DNA from: Gemmatimonadales bacterium
GTDB lineage: Bacteria; Gemmatimonadota; Gemmatimonadetes; Gemmatimonadales; GWC2-71-9
Assembly: GCA_045803465.1 (NCBI GenBank)
Contig: JBJMOZ010000213.1
Span: 1-26,396, forward strand
Direction: 5' to 3'
Length of the DNA: 26,396 nt
Numbering within the stretch: the stretch's first letter is position 1; every line of letters begins with the position of its first letter. Shown here one piece after another: positions 23,643 to 26,396 of this stretch. A program made the position numbers and the translations under genes. A model generated the notes under the pieces. The model was not told the origin of the DNA, did no database searches, and saw only the letters and a program-made list of their open reading frames with translations.

Positions 23643-24517
23643 GCGCCGCGGCACTGGCGCGCGACGTGTTCGGCACCCGCTTCCAGAATCCGATCCTGCT
23701 GGCCTCGGGCACGGCGGGCTTCGGCCGCGAATTGATGGGTGTGATGGACCTCGAGCGGCTCGGCGGCATCGTCACCAAGGCCGTCTCGGCCACGCCGCGG
23801 ATGGGCAATCCGCCGCCGCGCGTGGCCGAGTTCGCCGGGGGCATGATGAATTCGGTGGGCCTCGCCAACCCGGGCCTCGCCCACGTGCGCGAGCACGAGC
23901 TCCGCTGGCTGCGGGAGCACCTGCGGCGCGCCAAGGTCCTCGTCAACGTCGTCGGCTTTACGATGGAGGAGTACGGCGAGGTCGTCGACGGGCTCGAGGA
24001 CGTCGAGGGGATCGTGGGCTACGAGCTCAACCTGTCGTGCCCCAATACGCACGCCGGAGGAATGGAATTCGGCGCGGACTCGGACTGCGTGCGCCGCATC
24101 GTGGCGGCGGCACGCGCGCGCACGAAGCGCGCGGTCGTTCCCAAGCTCTCGCCGGTGCTGCCCGACATCGCGGGCATCGCACAGGTGGCGCAGGACGCCG
24201 GGGCCGACGGCATCACGGTCGTGAACACGCTTCCCGGCCGACTCTGGCACGAGGACGGCGCGCCGCGGCTGGGGCAGGGTCAGGGCGGCGTGAGTGGTCC
24301 GGCGCTCCTCCCCATCGGCGTGCTGGCCACGGCCAAGGTGGTCGAGCGCACCGGGCTGCCCGTGATCGGGGTGGGCGGCGTGCGAACCGCGAACGATGTG
24401 CGGCAGTACCTGCGGGCCGGCGCCAGCCTCGTGGCCATCGGCACGGCGGGCATGGTGGACCCGCGCGTGCCCGAGCGCATCGTGCGCGACCTCGAGCGGC
24501 ATGGTATCGATGGCTGA
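23639..24517 (+). CDS. pyrD: Dihydroorotate dehydrogenase, class 1 catalytic subunit, 292 aa
   Basis: NPILLASGT, TKAV, GNPPPR, NSVGLANPG, catalytic NLSCPN, KLSP and GGVSGP. Adjacent to pyrF. Confidence 0.93.
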   Translation: MSAAALARDVFGTRFQNPILLASGTAGFGRELMGVMDLERLGGIVTKAVSATPRMGNPPPRVAEFAGGMMNSVGLANPGLAHVREHELRWLREHLRRAKVLVNVVGFTMEEYGEVVDGLEDVEGIVGYELNLSCPNTHAGGMEFGADSDCVRRIVAAARARTKRAVVPKLSPVLPDIAGIAQVAQDAGADGITVVNTLPGRLWHEDGAPRLGQGQGGVSGPALLPIGVLATAKVVERTGLPVIGVGGVRTANDVRQYLRAGASLVAIGTAGMVDPRVPERIVRDLERHGIDG

Positions 24518-25196
24518 ACTCATCCTCGCGCTCGACCTGCCGAGCGGTGCGGAGGCATTCCGCCTGCTGGATCGGGTGCCGGAGGCGCGCTGGGTAAAGG
24601 TCGGACCGATTCTCTTCACCAGCGCCGGCCCACCGCTCGTGCGGGCGCTCAAGGCCCGCGGCCTCGAGATCTTTCTCGACCTCAAGTGGCACGATATCCC
24701 CAACACGGTGGCCGGGGCGATAACCGCGGCGGTGGATGAGGGCGTGTCCCTCGTCACCATCCACGCCCTCGGCGGGCAGGCGATGATGGAAGCCGCTGCG
24801 CGCGCCGCCGATGGGCGGGTGGCGATCGTCGGAGTCACCGTGCTCACCTCGCATGACCCGGTCTCCTTCGCAGGGGTTGTAGGACGCGCCGTGCCGGATC
24901 TCGAGGCGGAAGTGGTGCGTCTGGCGCGGATGGCGGGGCAGGCGGGGCTGTCGGGCGTGGTCTGCTCCCCCCACGAGATCCGCGCGGTCCGGGCGGCGCT
25001 GCCGGCCCAGGCCTGGGTGGTGGTTCCGGGCATCCGCCGGGCCGACGACGCGGCGGGCGACCAGGCCCGGACGGCGGCTCCGAGCGCCGCTGCAGCGGCA
25101 GGCGCCACGCATCTGGTGGTAGGGCGCCCGGTGCTGCGGGCCGCCGATCCAGCGACGGCGTTTCGGGCCATGTCCGCCGAGGCTGCGGGGTCGTAA
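24510..25196 (+). CDS. pyrF: Orotidine-5'-phosphate decarboxylase, 228 aa
   Basis: LILALD, KVG, DLKWHDIPNT, VTVLTS, VPGIR, DQAR and VVGRP. Confidence 0.95.
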   Translation: MAELILALDLPSGAEAFRLLDRVPEARWVKVGPILFTSAGPPLVRALKARGLEIFLDLKWHDIPNTVAGAITAAVDEGVSLVTIHALGGQAMMEAAARAADGRVAIVGVTVLTSHDPVSFAGVVGRAVPDLEAEVVRLARMAGQAGLSGVVCSPHEIRAVRAALPAQAWVVVPGIRRADDAAGDQARTAAPSAAAAAGATHLVVGRPVLRAADPATAFRAMSAEAAGS

Positions 25197-25205
25197 ACCG
25201 TTCCC

Positions 25206-25234
25206 TTGCGTCATGATGCCAAGCCCAGTATGTT
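25206..25234 (+). promoter_or_regulatory. Sigma70-type promoter for the rpmJ/alpha operon
   Basis: TTGCGT(25206-11)-N17-TATGTT(25229-34). SD GGAGA at 25262-25266. Confidence 0.75.
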
Positions 25235-25274
25235 CCCAAACTGTGTTCTAACCGGGCCTCTGGAGAGAAATCGC

Positions 25275-25391
25275 GTGAAGGTTCGTTCGAGTGTCAAGCC
25301 GATCTGCGAGCACTGCAAGGTGGTAAAGCGGCAGGGCGTGGTGCGGATCATCTGCAAGCGAAACCCCAAGCACAAGCAGCGGCAGGGATAA
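25275..25391 (+). CDS. rpmJ: 50S ribosomal protein L36 (Zn-binding form), 38 aa
   Basis: GTG start; [38 protein letters not shown]. Confidence 0.97.
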   Translation: MKVRSSVKPICEHCKVVKRQGVVRIICKRNPKHKQRQG

Positions 25392-25394
25392 CGC

Positions 25395-25775
25395 ATGGCA
25401 CGCATCGCAGGCGTGGACCTTCCGCGCGAGAAGCGCGTTGAAATCGCGCTCACGTACATCTTCGGCATCGGCCGTCCCACCAGCGCCCGTCTCCTCGAGG
25501 AGACCGGGGTGACGGCGGCGACGCGGGTGCGTGACCTGACGGACGCCGAAGTGGCCCGTCTCCGCCAGGTGATCGAGCGCTCCGTGAAGGTCGAGGGCGC
25601 GCTCCGCACCGAGGTGGCGATGAACATCAAGCGCCTCATGGACATCGGCAGCTATCGCGGCATCCGGCATCGCCGGGGCCTGCCGGTCCGTGGACAGCGC
25701 ACGCACACGAATGCGCGCACCAAGCGGGGGCGCCGCATCGCCATTGCCGGCAAGAAGAAGGCGACGAAGAAGTAA
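25395..25775 (+). CDS. rpsM: 30S ribosomal protein S13
   Basis: [26 protein letters not shown]...[16 protein letters not shown]. Confidence 0.98.
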   Translation: MARIAGVDLPREKRVEIALTYIFGIGRPTSARLLEETGVTAATRVRDLTDAEVARLRQVIERSVKVEGALRTEVAMNIKRLMDIGSYRGIRHRRGLPVRGQRTHTNARTKRGRRIAIAGKKKATKK

Positions 25776-25777
25776 TC

Positions 25778-26236
25778 ATGACGACACCGACTGAGACCGT
25801 TCCCGCGGCGCCGACGGCGCCTGCTGCCGCCGCCCCCGTTGCCGCGACGCCTGCGCCTCGTGCCGCCGGCAAGCGCGGCAAGAAGGTCGTGGAGTCCGAG
25901 GGCATCGTGCACATCTCGGCCACGTTCAACAACACGCTCGTCACCATCACCGACATGAAGGGCAACGCCCTCACGTGGGCGACGTCGGGCAAGGCCGGCT
26001 TCAAGGGCTCGAAGAAGTCCACGCCGTTCGCCGCCACCGTGGCCGCCGAGAACGCGGGCCGCGAGGCGGTCAACCTCGGTGTCCGGCGCGTGCACGTGCG
26101 CGTGCAGGGCCCGGGCAGCGGCCGCGAGTCGGCCATCCAGGCGCTCGCCGCGGCGGGCCTGCAGGTGAAGTCGATCAAGGACGTGACGCCGATCCCGCAC
26201 AACGGCTGCCGTCCCCCGAAGCGTCGGAGAGTCTGA
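25778..26236 (+). CDS. rpsK: 30S ribosomal protein S11 with N-terminal Ala/Pro/Thr extension
   Basis: [35 protein letters not shown] and [18 protein letters not shown]. Confidence 0.98.
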   Translation: MTTPTETVPAAPTAPAAAAPVAATPAPRAAGKRGKKVVESEGIVHISATFNNTLVTITDMKGNALTWATSGKAGFKGSKKSTPFAATVAAENAGREAVNLGVRRVHVRVQGPGSGRESAIQALAAAGLQVKSIKDVTPIPHNGCRPPKRRRV

Positions 26237-26237
26237 G

Positions 26238-26396
26238 ATGGGTCGCTATACAGGTCCGAGCTGCCGCCAGTGCCGCCGCGAGGGGACGAAGCTCTTCCTC
26301 AAGGGGGCCAAGTGCTTCACCGAGAAGTGCCCGGTGGAGCGGCGGCCGTACGCGCCCGGCCAGCACGGCCAGAGCCAGGCGCGGCGCCGTAAGGTC
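26238..26396 (+). CDS. rpsD: 30S ribosomal protein S4 (3'-truncated by window; Zn-binding form)
   Basis: [44 protein letters not shown]. Confidence 0.97.
   Translation, partial: MGRYTGPSCRQCRREGTKLFLKGAKCFTEKCPVERRPYAPGQHGQSQARRRKV

Overview
A very GC-rich, gene-dense bacterial core-genome segment. Gemmatimonadota-like origin is an inference from protein style, not verified. Almost all genes are on the + strand. In order: a partial M20 amidohydrolase; a DUF47-PiT phosphate transport pair; a Ser/Thr kinase-TPR protein; then a long, mostly translationally coupled run (2-oxoacid dehydrogenase E1alpha/E1beta/E2, two small unknown ORFs, PHP phosphoesterase, peroxiredoxin, two SDRs, trxB, MBL hydrolase, GT4, DUF2334-like deacetylase, flippase-like protein). 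After that come a cupin (- strand), an aspartase/fumarase-family lyase, Rrf2 regulator-moeB, tRNA-Leu(CAG) (- strand), smpB, an amidase, a TPR lipoprotein, pyrD-pyrF and the start of the rpmJ-rpsM-rpsK-rpsD operon. The most notable signal is missed by the ORF track: the peroxiredoxin at 10201-10647 has an in-frame TGA exactly at the catalytic Cys position (PxxxTxx*), followed by a SECIS-like hairpin, so it is a probable selenoprotein. Also noted: two Glu-to-Val substitutions at conserved SmpB positions, leaderless-type promoters, and a pteridine-reductase-like SDR with His in place of the catalytic Tyr. No CRISPR array or mobile element was seen. All calls are by eye; no database search or folding program was run.
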